From contig LXFE01002711.1 in NCBI GenBank assembly GCA_001929475.1, positions 1 to 51,559 on the forward strand: a stretch of 51,559 nt of DNA, in the 5' to 3' direction. Positions 39,561 to 51,437 of this stretch are shown here, piece after piece. The notes under the pieces were generated by a model, which was not told where the DNA came from, did no database searches, and was given only the letters and a program-made list of their open reading frames with translations. Both the position numbers and the translations under genes were made by a program. The DNA comes from Neolecta irregularis DAH-3 (lineage: Eukaryota). Numbering within the stretch: position 1 is the stretch's first letter; every line of letters begins with the position of its first letter.

Positions 39561-39574
39561 CCAAAAATAGCCTC
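39561..39574 (-). promoter_or_regulatory. Composite GAGGCT plus MEF2-like box upstream of FKS1
   Basis: CCAAAAATAGCCTC on +, i.e. GAGGCTATTTTTGG on -, about 165 bp upstream of the TATA box. Confidence 0.4.
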
Positions 39575-39734
39575 AGATCAACCCGCCATTCGTTGCGTGT
39601 CCCAAGCGCATCCCAAGCAATGTGCGCGGGAGCGTTGTCTGTAGGATGCGCATATCTACATATACGGGTTTCAGCCAGAATAATGGCAGAATAATGGCCA
39701 GAAACGTCCGTACGGGTGTTTTGCCCGAGATACA

Positions 39735-39744
39735 TATATATAAA
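39735..39744 (+). promoter_or_regulatory. TATA box of FKS1
   Basis: TATATATAAA followed by a pyrimidine-rich tract and a likely 5'-UTR intron. Confidence 0.6.
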
Positions 39745-40072
39745 GCGCATTCTTCTTTGCACCCGCGAACTTACCAACCACCGCCACTCCACCCCCTACC
39801 CTGCCCGTCATCGTCCCATATCATTCCATTTCACTCTTCCCCTATTCAATCACTCGTTATCCCGCCGTCCGTCACAAAAACCTGCCGCACTCCCGCTTCA
39901 TTTCTTCCCCTTCAGGGGTTCATATAGATTGCTCTTCAGTATGTGCAAGTTTCTTTTTCTGTTCGGTTTCCCGTCTCCGGAGTGTTGTTTTGCAAACATT
40001 TTTTTTACCTTCTCTCCATAATTGGACCCTATTGCTAACCCCTGCGAGTCTTGCTGCTTTCCGTGAGCCGAG

Positions 40073-43000
40073 ATGTCTCACCGGCAAAACCAATATCACG
40101 ATGATCCCTATGCGCAGCAGCAACAGGGTGGCCACCCGCAAGAACAATACTATGACGATTATCCGCAGGATGGTAATCAGCCTGGCGGATACGCGGCCCA
40201 TGGCCAATACAATCAACAACATGAATCTTACTATGACGATCAGGGAGGAGAGGCATATTACGACAACCAGCAACGCAGAACCTATGGATCTGATGCTGAC
40301 TACTACCGACAAGAAGGCTACGAAGACTACCCTGTAGATGCTTATCCGGCAAATGATTCCTACGGTATGCTTTTTCCGCCAAATCTTTTCATTTCTCACT
40401 CAAGTAGGACCTGGACCTGCTGGTGGTCACCAACCTATGCAGTACTTCCAGGGGCAAGCTGGCCAGCGAGGAAACGCTCCCCGCGGCGTGAGGCGAGGAT
40501 CTTCCGAAGAAGATTCTGAAACCTTTTCTGATTTTACCATGCGGTCAGATATGGCTCGTGCTGCCGAAATGGATCTCTACGGCCGTGGAGACGAGCGATA
40601 CAACAACTATGGTCAGTCTACCGATGACTTATCTCAGGTGACGGGGAACAATCGTGGCTATCGGCCACCTTCTTCGCAGGTCTCGTATAATAATCGGTCT
40701 TCTGGTGCTTCAACTCCTGTATATGGTTTGGAATATGGGAATGAAGCTGCTGGAGTTCGTTCTCGAGAGCCATTCCCCGCATGGTCGTCCGATAATCAAG
40801 TGCCTGTTTCCAAAGAAGAAATTGAAGACATCTTCATTGACCTAGCGAACAAGTTTGGATTTCAACGGGATAGCATGAGGAACATGTACGATTTTCTTAT
40901 GACCCTTCTCGACTCGCGAGCGTCTCGCATGACTCCCAATCAAGCTCTTCTTTCACTTCATGCGGACTATATTGGAGGCGATAATGCCAATTATCGAAAA
41001 TGGTATTTTGCCGCCCAACTCGATCTCGATGACGCTGTTGGTTTTGCAAATATGAAACTCGGTACAAAGTCAAAACGAAAAGCAAAGAAAAATAAGAATG
41101 CCGCTAATCCCCAAGACGTCGCTCGAAAACTCGAAGAACTTGAAGGGGATAATAGTCTTGAAGCTGCCGAATATCGATGGAAGTCAAAGATGAACCAAAT
41201 GACACAACACGAACGAACTCGCCAACTTGCCCTTTGGTTGCTTTGCTGGGGTGAAGCCAACCAGAGTCGATTCTGCCCAGAATTGATGTGTTTCTTATTT
41301 AAATGCGCCTACGATTATCTCGTATCGCCGGAATGTCAAAATCTCGTCAGTCCTGTTCCGGAGGGTAAGTATCTCAACGAGATCATCACTCCGTTGTACC
41401 AGTTCATGCGCGATCAAGGCTATGAGATTATCGGCGGGAAATATGTTCGTCGCGAAATAGATCATGCCAAGATCATTGGGTATGATGACATCAATCAGCT
41501 CTTCTGGTATCCGGCCGGTATCGCTAGAATAGTGCTCAAAGATAAAACTCCCCTGGTCGATATACCTCCGGCACAACGATGGAATAAGCTTGTTGACGTC
41601 GAGTGGAAAAAAGTCTTTTTCAAAACGTATTATGAAACTCGGTCATGGTTTCATATGTTCACCAACTTCAATCGTATCTGGGTCATTCATATTGTCGTCT
41701 ACTGGTTCTATACCGCCTTCAATTCACCTACTCTCTATACGAAGAATTACAATCAGCGTCAAAACAATCAACCTCCTGGCTCTTATAAATGGTCCTCGGT
41801 TGCTCTTGGTGGTGTTGTTGGATGTCTTCTTATGCTATTGGCAACCTGTGCCGAGTGGGCTTATGTCCCTCGTCGATGGGCTGGTTCTCAGCATCTCTCG
41901 AAACGGTTCTTTCTATTGTTGATAGCACTCGTTGTCAACGCAGCTCCTGGTGTATTCGTTTTTATGGTCGCAAAGGATCCAAAATCCAGCATTGCTCTCA
42001 TTGTCGGTATAGCTCACTTCTTCCTTGCGTTGGGGACCACCTTGTTGTTCGCATTAGTGCCTCTCGGAGGGTTATTTGGCAATTATCTCCAGCAGAACCG
42101 ACGAACATATGTTGCTAGCCAAACGTTCACTGCGAGTTGGGCTAGTCTTGAGGGTAACAATAAATGGATGTCCTATGGCCTCTGGGTGCTCGTTTTCACA
42201 TGTAAAATGGTAGAATCGTACTTCTTCCTTACCCTATCGTTTCGAGATCCTATTCGAGTGCTCAGCACAATGACTGTTCAAAACTGTCAGGATAAGATTC
42301 TTGGAACCATGTTTTGTTCTCGGCAACCTCAAATCGTTCTCCTCCTTATGTATATCACCGATCTCGTCCTCTTCTTCTTGGATACCTATCTTTGGTATAT
42401 TATCTGGAATACAATATTTTCGGTCGCTAGGTCATTTTATCTCGGTATCTCAATCTGGACTCCATGGCGGAACATTTTCTCTCGCCTTCCGAAACGTATA
42501 TATTCGAAAGTCCTTGCAACCAACGACATGGAAATTAAGTACAAGCCAAAAGTCCTTATATCACAGGTTTGGAACGCAATCGTTATTTCCATGTACAGAG
42601 AACATCTTTTGTCTATTGATCATGTCCAAAAATTGCTCTATCATCAGGTATCATTTGGTACCTCGCATATAGCTTATGATACAGGTTCCTTCTGAACAAG
42701 AAGGCAAGCGAACCCTTCGAGCACCTACTTTCTTTGTTTCACAGGAAGACCATTCGTTCGAGACCGAGTTTTTTCCCGCGGGTAGCGAAGCGGAACGTCG
42801 CATTTCTTTCTTTGCTCAGTCGCTTTCAACACCTATTCCAGAACCGCTACCTGTCGACAACATGCCAACTTTCACCGTCTTCATCCCCCATTATGGTGAG
42901 AAGATTCTTTTGTCGTTGCGTGAAATCATTCGAGAAGACGATCAGCTATCGCGTGTTACTCTCTTGGAATACCTCAAACAGCTCCATCCTGTTGAATGGG

Positions 43001-46000
43001 AATGTTTCGTAAAGGACACCAAAGTTCTCGCCGAAGAAACAGCAATGTTTAACGGCGGAAATTCACCTTTCGAGAAGGATGAAAAGGAAACAGTTAAAAC
43101 TAAAATCGACGATCTTCCATTCTATTGTATCGGTTTCAAGTCAGCCGCTCCCGAGTATACTCTTCGAACTCGTATTTGGGCTTCGCTTCGATCACAGACG
43201 CTCTATCGCACAATATCTGGATTCATGAATTATGCACGAGCTATTAAGTTATTATACCGAGTTGAGAACCCGGAGGTCGTTCAGATGTTTGGCGGTAATA
43301 CGGATAAGTTGGATAGAGAACTTGAACGGATGGCTAGACGAAAATTTAAGTTATGTGTTTCTATGCAACGATACACCAAATTCAACAAGGAAGAACAAGA
43401 GAACACTGAATTTATTCTCCGCGCTTACCCGGACCTTCTTATATCCTATCTCGATGAAGAACCTCCAGTCAATGAAGGGGAAGAACCTCGAATTTTCTCG
43501 GCTTTAATTGATGGACACTCGGAAATAATGGAAGATGGTCGAAGACGGCCCAAGTTCCGAATTCAGCTTTCCGGAAACCCCATTCTCGGAGATGGAAAGA
43601 GCGATAATCAGAACCACGCCATCATTTTTTATCGGGGCGAATATATTCAACTTATTGATGCCAATCAAGACAATTATCTGGAAGAATGTCTCAAAATTAG
43701 ATCCGTTCTCGCCGAGTTCGAAGAAATGACAACAGAAAATGTTTCGCCCTATGCACCTGGTCATACAACTCAAAACAAGAACCCTATTGCTATTCTCGGT
43801 GCTCGTGAATACATCTTTTCCGAGAACATGGGAGTGCTCGGTGATGTCGCTGCTGGAAAAGAACAAACATTCGGTACTCTCTTCGCTCGTACATTATCTC
43901 TCATTGGCGGGAAACTTCACTATGGTCATCCAGATTTCCTTAATGGTATCTTTATGACAACTCGTGGTGGTGTCTCGAAAGCCCAAAAAGGTCTCCACCT
44001 CAATGAAGATATTTATGCCGGTATGACCGCGTTCCTTCGGGGTGGCCGAATCAAACATTGTGAATATTACCAGTGTGGTAAGGGTCGCGATTTGGGATTT
44101 GGTTCTATCTTAAATTTCACGACGAAGATTGGAACTGGTATGGGAGAACAAATGTTATCTCGTGAATACTATTACATCGGTACCCAACTTCCTCTCGATC
44201 GCTTCCTTTCGTTCTACTACGCGCATCCCGGTTTCCACGTCAATAATTTGTTCATCATGTTATCGGTACAAATGTTCATGTTTGTCATGATCAATCTTGG
44301 AGCTCTTCGTCACGAACTCCCAGCTTGTGACTACAATCCGAATGTCCCTATTACCGACAAACTCAAACCTGATGGTTGTTACAACCTGGAACCAATTCTT
44401 GGATGGGTTGCTCGATGTATCTTATCTATTTTCATTGTTTTCTTCATCTCTTTCGTACCTTTGGTTGTCCAAGAATTGACCGAACGAGGATTTTGGAGAG
44501 CTGCTACTCGTCTTGGGAAACATTTCGGATCATTATCTCCGTTATTCGAAGTGTTCGTTGCACAGATTTACGCTAATTCATTGCTAAACAACTTGGCCTT
44601 TGGAGGTGCCCGATATATCGGTACCGGTCGAGGTTTTGCAACTACTCGAATTCCCTTCGCTATTTTGTATTCTCGGTTTGCTGGACCATCCATTTATCTC
44701 GGTTCTCGAACGGTGTTTATGCTTCTGTTTGGTACAATGACAATTTGGATGCCTCATTTGATCTATTTCTGGATCACTATCCTCGCACTTTGCATTTCAC
44801 CATTTATCTACAACCCGCATCAATTCGCTTGGACTGACTTTTTTGTGGATTACAGAGAATTTATTCGATGGATGTCTCGAGGTAACAGTCTAGCTCACGC
44901 CAATTCGTGGATCGGATACTGTCGATTGTCTAGAACAAGAATCACGGGTTACAAGCGCAAAGCCCTCGGAAAACCGTCTGAGAAGCTTTCCGGAGATATT
45001 CCTCGAGCTTCCATTACCAATATGTTCTTCAGTGAAATCGTTGGACCATTCATTATTGTATTGATTACTATTGCTCCTTTCGCATTCATCAACGCTCAGA
45101 GTGGATTTATTGGACAAACCGGTGTCACCCCTTCTAGTTCTCTCATCAGGATTGGTCTCATTTCGTTTGCACCGGTCCTTCTCAACACTGCAATACTTCT
45201 CGGATTGTTTTGTATGGCTTGTTGCATGGGCCCGATTCTCTCCATCTGTTGCAAGAAATTCGGCTCAGTCCTCGCAGCCATTGCTCACACATGGGCCGTT
45301 CTAAATCTCCTCATCATATTCGTGGCTCTTTGGCTACTTGAGTCTTGGTCTCTGCTAAAAACTATACTTGGTATCATAGCTATGACGGCTATCCAACGAT
45401 GGTTCTTCAAACTGCTTACTGCTACGATATTGACCCGAGAATTCAAACACGATGAATCCAACAGAGCTTGGTGGTATGTATTTTTTACCTCGCTGTTTCT
45501 AATTTCCCTAGGACTGGTAAATGGTATGGTACTGGACTTGGTGCACACGCAATCTCTCAACCGGCTCGGGAGTTTGTCTGCAAGATCATTGAACTTAGTA
45601 TGTTTGCTACAGACTTTTTACTTGCGCACACTTTATTATTCGTCATGTTGCCTCTGCTATGCATTCCATACTGCGATAGATGGCATTCGGTCAGCTTGTT
45701 CTGGCTTCGACCAAGTCGGCAAATTCGCCCACCGATATTCTCTCTCAAACAAAATCGTCTTCGAAAGAGAATCGTTCGACGCTATTCTACGCTTTACTTT
45801 ATTCTCCTGGTAGTTTTTGTTGGAATCATTGCCGGGCCGCTTGTCATTAAGAAGCAATTGGGTGAGTCATTCCCAGTTTCCTCAATCGCAGGCTGACATT
45901 TTTAGTCGCAATGGACCTCGGAAGCAAGATTCCATCTGGCTTCGGCTTGGCTCAGCCTACTAACGCCTTGATGAATGCCACTGTTGTCACAGATACAGCT

Positions 46001-46027
46001 CTGCCAGCTACGACCAGCACGGCATGA
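40073..46027 (+). CDS. FKS1: 1,3-beta-glucan synthase catalytic subunit (GT48)
   Basis: [115 protein letters not shown]; last short exon ends at TGA 46027. Confidence 0.99.
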
Positions 46028-46464
46028 ATACAACGAATGATAATATTGATTTCCTTCCCCATATTGATTAGTTTATTTGCTTCCTCTTTTTGTCGGGTAT
46101 CATTGTTAGGCTATTTAGTTCGGAGAATCAATTCGTGTTGGATATATCTCGTCTTGTGACCATAATTCCGTGCCCATGACTATTCTCAATCACATTCTCA
46201 ATATCGCCCCCTGCATACGACGCCACACATCGAACATGTCGCGTTATATGGCTGGCTTGTATGTCAACAAGTAGAGGGAATTAGGCAAGCCTCTCTAAAG
46301 AATTTACACGAACCAAAACATTCACAGGGCACTCGGTACCTCTGCTCGGTAAACAACCCAATCTTAGTTTTCATCCTTCTTTGAATCACCCAGAGCCTGT
46401 CGCAGCCTCTTCACATTCGTTTACAACAAACTCTCGTTTACTCATTCAAGGCCTGTGCTTCGTT

Positions 46465-47846
46465 ATGGGACGAAAGAAAATACAGGCATGCATTCTATCG
46501 CCATCGTTCACTTATCGTTATAGATTAGGAAAATCGGCGACCCCAAGACGAAATCAGTATGCATGAGATCATCAGACCGATAAAGTTAACGAACCAAGGT
46601 TACATTCACTCGACGGCGAAATGGTTTACTCAAGAAAGCCTATGAAATCTCGGTTTTGTGCGATACTCGGGTCGTCATATTGATGTTTGATCAGAAGGAC
46701 GCGTGCCATGTGGTACCGTTTGATCGTAAACATTCAAGTACTGACAAAGAATAGTACTCCACGATCAACGAGGAGAACAGTGCTGTTGATATGATGAACA
46801 TGTATATCAATAAAAGCTTCATTACGACAGATCCTCGACGTAATTTTGAGATTCCTTCAAACTTGACACCGGAACTGAAGTATTGCTCTGTCATCTTCAA
46901 ACTGCAGACTGACATTTCAAGCGGTGGTTTGCGAACCTGTCCTAACAAGAACCCCATTGCTATTGTTAACACGTATGAGGTCGTCCCTGCTCCATTAGAT
47001 GGTGAACAACAAATCGATGACTGCGATCTCGATGGATCAGAGCAGCTTCGCGTTCTTTCAAATCGTTTATACCATTCAGTTTCTGTAGGCTTGCCGGGAA
47101 TCAATTTGATTACACCAGCGTTAACTCATGATGGGGACACATTTTCTCCGAGACTTTCCTCTACAGGCTTTCCAACCCCAGAGTTAAATAATATGGCAGC
47201 AGATGATCCTGCTGGCCTCGGAATATTATCAGAGAACTTGATGTCAAACTTCAATGCACCACGACCACGTTCTACCTCGCCGCGAATGCACTCACCACAG
47301 ATGATGGGGCAGTCACAAAGAACCTGGAAGAAGCCAGTGGTAATGCAACCGAATGCAATGCGACAATCTCTTTCAGCCAGGTCAGATCACTTCCATCAAG
47401 CACAACCTCTAGCTCAAGCAGTTGACCGATCAGCTAAATTCGGAACCTCCCTTGGTCAGAATGTCAGGAGCCCCCTGGTTCAAGATCACAGAATATCAGC
47501 AACTGAAGATCCTAATGTAGATAGGAGCATGATGGATGTGAATTTTGATAGCTACTCTATAGGAAATCGACCATATATTACAGCTGCTATGGATGTATCA
47601 AATCCGGCCGTATACTCCACTGATTTCTTCGACGAACCACTTTCATCCGACTTTCACTTACAGCAAGTGGCTGGTCAGAGGAGATTGGCGGGCGACCGAG
47701 TTACTATTGAAGAACCTTGCTACGAATATTCTCATTATGGAAACATATTCACAAATGATACTGCGCAAGGAATGGGAGAGAATTGGTTGGTAGAGTCACC
47801 GGATACTAATCACTCGGTGGTAGACCAAGGGATGGCATGGATGTAG
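46465..47846 (+). CDS. mbx1: MEF2-type MADS-box transcription factor, Mbx1-like (exons 46465-46485, 46524-46556, 46599-46712, 46755-47846)
   Basis: Spliced [59 protein letters not shown]...[11 protein letters not shown]. The ACHVYS and NK.F.T.DP motifs recall S. pombe Mbx1. Confidence 0.88.
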
Positions 47847-48009
47847 TGGGTCTTTATGTAAGATATTCGTGTTCGCTGGCTGGTTCGGGTGTAACAGTTA
47901 CAATGCATTTTATACAATTGTTTGAGCTTGAAACGGTTGGGTTAACAATTCTGCAATTTAAAGTCGAGATGAGACAGTAGATTTTCTCCTTCTATCCCAA
48001 TATGCACAT

Positions 48010-48498
48010 CTAAGCAGTCAAAGCCTTAGCGGCTACATTTGGATTGATCTTCTTTCCATCTTTGTTGTATCGAACACGTGGCGGGGGAATACGACTTCTT
48101 CGAGCCGTTACAGAACGAACTCTGTCAATGATCAATAATCGAAACAAGAGTCCAGCCTACCGGACGACGTGAGAGTGAACTGCACAAGAAATGCACCAAA
48201 CACTAGACCCATCAGCCGCTATGTCAATTTAAAGATTGGGCGTACATTTTAAGGTAAAGCTTGGGCAAAACATATTCCTGATAAACGCTGGCTTCTGAAA
48301 GGTCTCGAACAGCCGCGGCTTCGACAATATTTCGAACCGAAAATCGCTTAACGGCTTTGTCCTAAATTGGGTTCAGGACATATATTTCTTTGGTCAAAAT
48401 ACTTTTGGAACGCATCGCGAGCAGTTGTTGCATCTAACAGGCTTTACGTGACCTCTGCCTGTCTTGTTTCGTCCGTTGTTTCGCCGTTTGACAGACAT
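48010..48498 (-). CDS. RPS26: 40S ribosomal protein S26 (eS26)
   Basis: [55 protein letters not shown]...[15 protein letters not shown]. Confidence 0.98.
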
Positions 48499-49100
48499 GC
48501 TAAATCGGGAGTGTTTAGACTTCGATTTTGGTGGTTGTCCTGCGGAAAACGCAGTCGGGGCATAATTAATGTGTATTGTCGACACATAATTAGCAGTCAT
48601 TCTGCCCGAGACATTCCGCAGGATAACCTCCACAATTTTCATCTCTTAGAAGCTATCTTTAGGATTCTGTGACCAATTTGTCCGTTCCAACCATCATCTC
48701 ACCAGAAGTTTCAAGAATATCTGGATGATCTCGTCTGCTGAATCTGAAATATGCTTGGCTGAGAGTTTATTCATGGATGAGGCTTGTCGGTTCTTTGGAG
48801 ATTCCATGCGCTACGGTAGAGGCTTCCTTCAGACCGCTTTCGCAGACCTCAATTGTCCCAGGAGCCCCGACCGTTCATTTACGTGTTTCCTCTAGTTAGC
48901 CTATGGTCTAAAACCTGCTTTCGTTAAAGCTATCATAGATAAATATAATCAGGTTATCTACTCTATTCAATACTTTCATGAATATATCCGAGCCTGAACC
49001 CAAAAGATGGATGAGAAAGCGTGCAAGTAGAGCCGATGGAAAACGCCTACTCAAGTCTCTGACCTCATCTAAACATCAACATTCTCCACCCAGCAAGAGA

Positions 49101-51221
49101 ATGTCGACAGTCTCTTATCAGAAGAGAAAACCTCAGCAACCTCTCCCAAATTCCTCATCTCAAATTCCAGTGAGGGAAGGGACAGCTTCGTTCCCGACTA
49201 CTCCTGATGTTAGCGACCAACGTAAGCGTCAAAGCAAGAAAGATGAGGTATAGATACATATCCTATGCTCGCTTCCATGGTAATTGTTTATAGGCCATTA
49301 GAAGACGTCTTGAAGGGGAGCTGAACAAGAAGCGAGGAACTCCCAACACTCGAACTCGTTCCCACAAGAAACATGCCGCGGGAACAGTCATGGCTCTTCG
49401 ACCGTCTCCGCCATTGACGATCAAACCTGATCTGACGGTTGCCGAAGCTTCCCAAATAATGGCTGCTCGTCGCGAAGACTGTGTTCTTGTTATTGATGAT
49501 GAATCTCATCTCACCGGTATCTTCACAGCTAAGGATCTTGCATTCCGAGTCGTTGGCGCCGGCATCGATGCTCGGGACGTTACAATTGCTCAGATCATGA
49601 CTCCAAATCCCATGTGCGCTCGTCAAAGTACGTCAGCCACGGAGGCCTTGGATCTTATGGTCAAGCGAGGCTTTCGGCATTTAGTATATGTTACTGAAAT
49701 AATGCATTCTAATAAATAGCCCGTCTGTGATGAGGATGGCGATGTTTTGGGTGTTCTCGATATTACAAAGTGTTTCTATGAAGCCATGGAGAAGGTTGGC
49801 TTCCTATTGGAATATACACTAAGAATAGCTCGAACGGGCCTATGCCTCCTCTCGAAAACTCCACGATGCACTTGAAGGTGTCCAATCCGAATGGGGATCA
49901 TCACAGCAACCCATTCAAATCATGCAATACGTTGATGCTCTCAAACAAAAAATGTCAGGTCCTGATTTGTCGACTGTCCTTGATGGATCCATGCCAACAA
50001 TGGTCTCAGTTCGTACCTCTGTCCGAGAAGCGGCTGCCTTGATGAAAGAAAACCACACTACAGCTGTACTCGTTATGGATCAGAATAGCATTGCGGGTAT
50101 ATTCACTAGCAAAGACGTCGTCTTGCGGGTTATTGCCCCTGGACTGGATCCTGGAAACTGCAGCGTGGTCAGAGTGATGACTCCACATCCCGACATTGCC
50201 CCACTAGATTTAAGCATCTCAGCTGCCCTACGTAAGATGAATGGTACCTTTATAACTTTGATCTCATTAACCATATAGATGGCCACTATCTCAACCTCCC
50301 CGTTATGGATCACAATAAAGAAGTTATCGGCATTGTCGACGTTCTCAAGCTTACCTATGCTACCCTCGAACAGGTGGGGGCTCCCCTTTTAGGTTTTGTC
50401 CTGACAACCAGATTAACTCAATACAAGCCAATGATGGGGAAGGTCCCATGTGGAATAAATTTTGGAATTCGCTGGGAGACGGAGACACTGAATCTGCCCT
50501 CTCTGACGGTCAATCGGCAGCTCATCGGGCGGCCTCAGAACTTGCGGCAGGACGTGCCAGCTCTCCGCTTATATCACCAATACCTCAACTGCAAGACACG
50601 GCAATGGGTCAATCTGTATATCCTAACGATTCTGCATCACATTATCATCCCGATGATGGCTCAAACCTTGAAATCTCTCAGGAGTTACCGTTTGCCTTCA
50701 AATTTAAATCTCCAAAAGGCAAGGTCCATCGACTTCAGTTCAATGTCCGAGATGGTCTGAATGGGTTACGTTCAGTTATCTCAGAAAAACTCGGCCACGA
50801 AATTGAAGAAGTTGGGGGTCATTCAGTATTTGCCGTTAGTTATACCGACGACGAAGGCGATATTGTAGCCATTGAATCAGACCACGATTTTACTTTCGCG
50901 GTAGACCTAGCACGTCGTTTAGGACAGCAGAAAATCGATTTGTTCATCCACCATCCTAGCAAAGAAGTGCAATCTACGTCCGTGGCATCTCAAAGTGCTG
51001 TTGCTGTCGTTTCATCTACACCTACCGCGGAACTAGGCGATCTCCCCCAGACGGAATCAACAGCCACGAAAAAATCCGAAGAAAGATTGCCACCAATCGT
51101 ACAACCTACGCAACAAATTCCTGGAATACCGAATGAGCTGTTGTTGCCTGGTGCTGTAATTACACTCGCCATTGCCGTTGTTGGAGTGGCTATCATAAGC
51201 TTTGCTAGGAGGAGCAAGTAG
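49101..51221 (+). CDS. mug70: CBS-CBS/PB1 domain protein with C-terminal transmembrane helix (Mug70-like)
   Basis: RKRQSKKDE|AIRRRLE; CBS repeats (GIFTAKDLAFRVV, GIFTSKDVVLRVI); FAFKFKSPKG; PB1 OPCA motif YTDDEGDIV; C-terminal hydrophobic helix. An upstream in-frame ATG at 48978 is possible. Confidence 0.88.
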
Positions 51222-51426
51222 AATGAATCTGGAGACAGACGTTATGTCTAGCGAGCGGCCTTAGAGAAACAATAATAAAACCAAAATAAATTCAGTTGCA
51301 GCCACTTTTTAGCCAGAGTTTGATAAAATTCTGATTCTTAAATCAACTTGCCTGATGATAATATTATTGACCGAATTCTGACCGAAAATAAAAAAGAAAA
51401 GAAAAAATGCATTACCCGGGATTCTC

Positions 51427-51436
51427 NNNNNNNNNN
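51427..51436. other. Assembly gap (10 N)
   Basis: Run of 10 n characters. Confidence 1.
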
Positions 51437-51437
51437 A

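Noticed and set aside
38922-40021. Several 86-176 aa ORFs between the SprT gene and FKS1
   Set aside because: Mostly non-ATG starts, overlapping on both strands, with no domains; expected in GC-rich promoter DNA.
48499-48700. Homol-D box (CAGTCACA) upstream of RPS26
   Set aside because: Only partial matches (CAGTCAT, TGTGACC).
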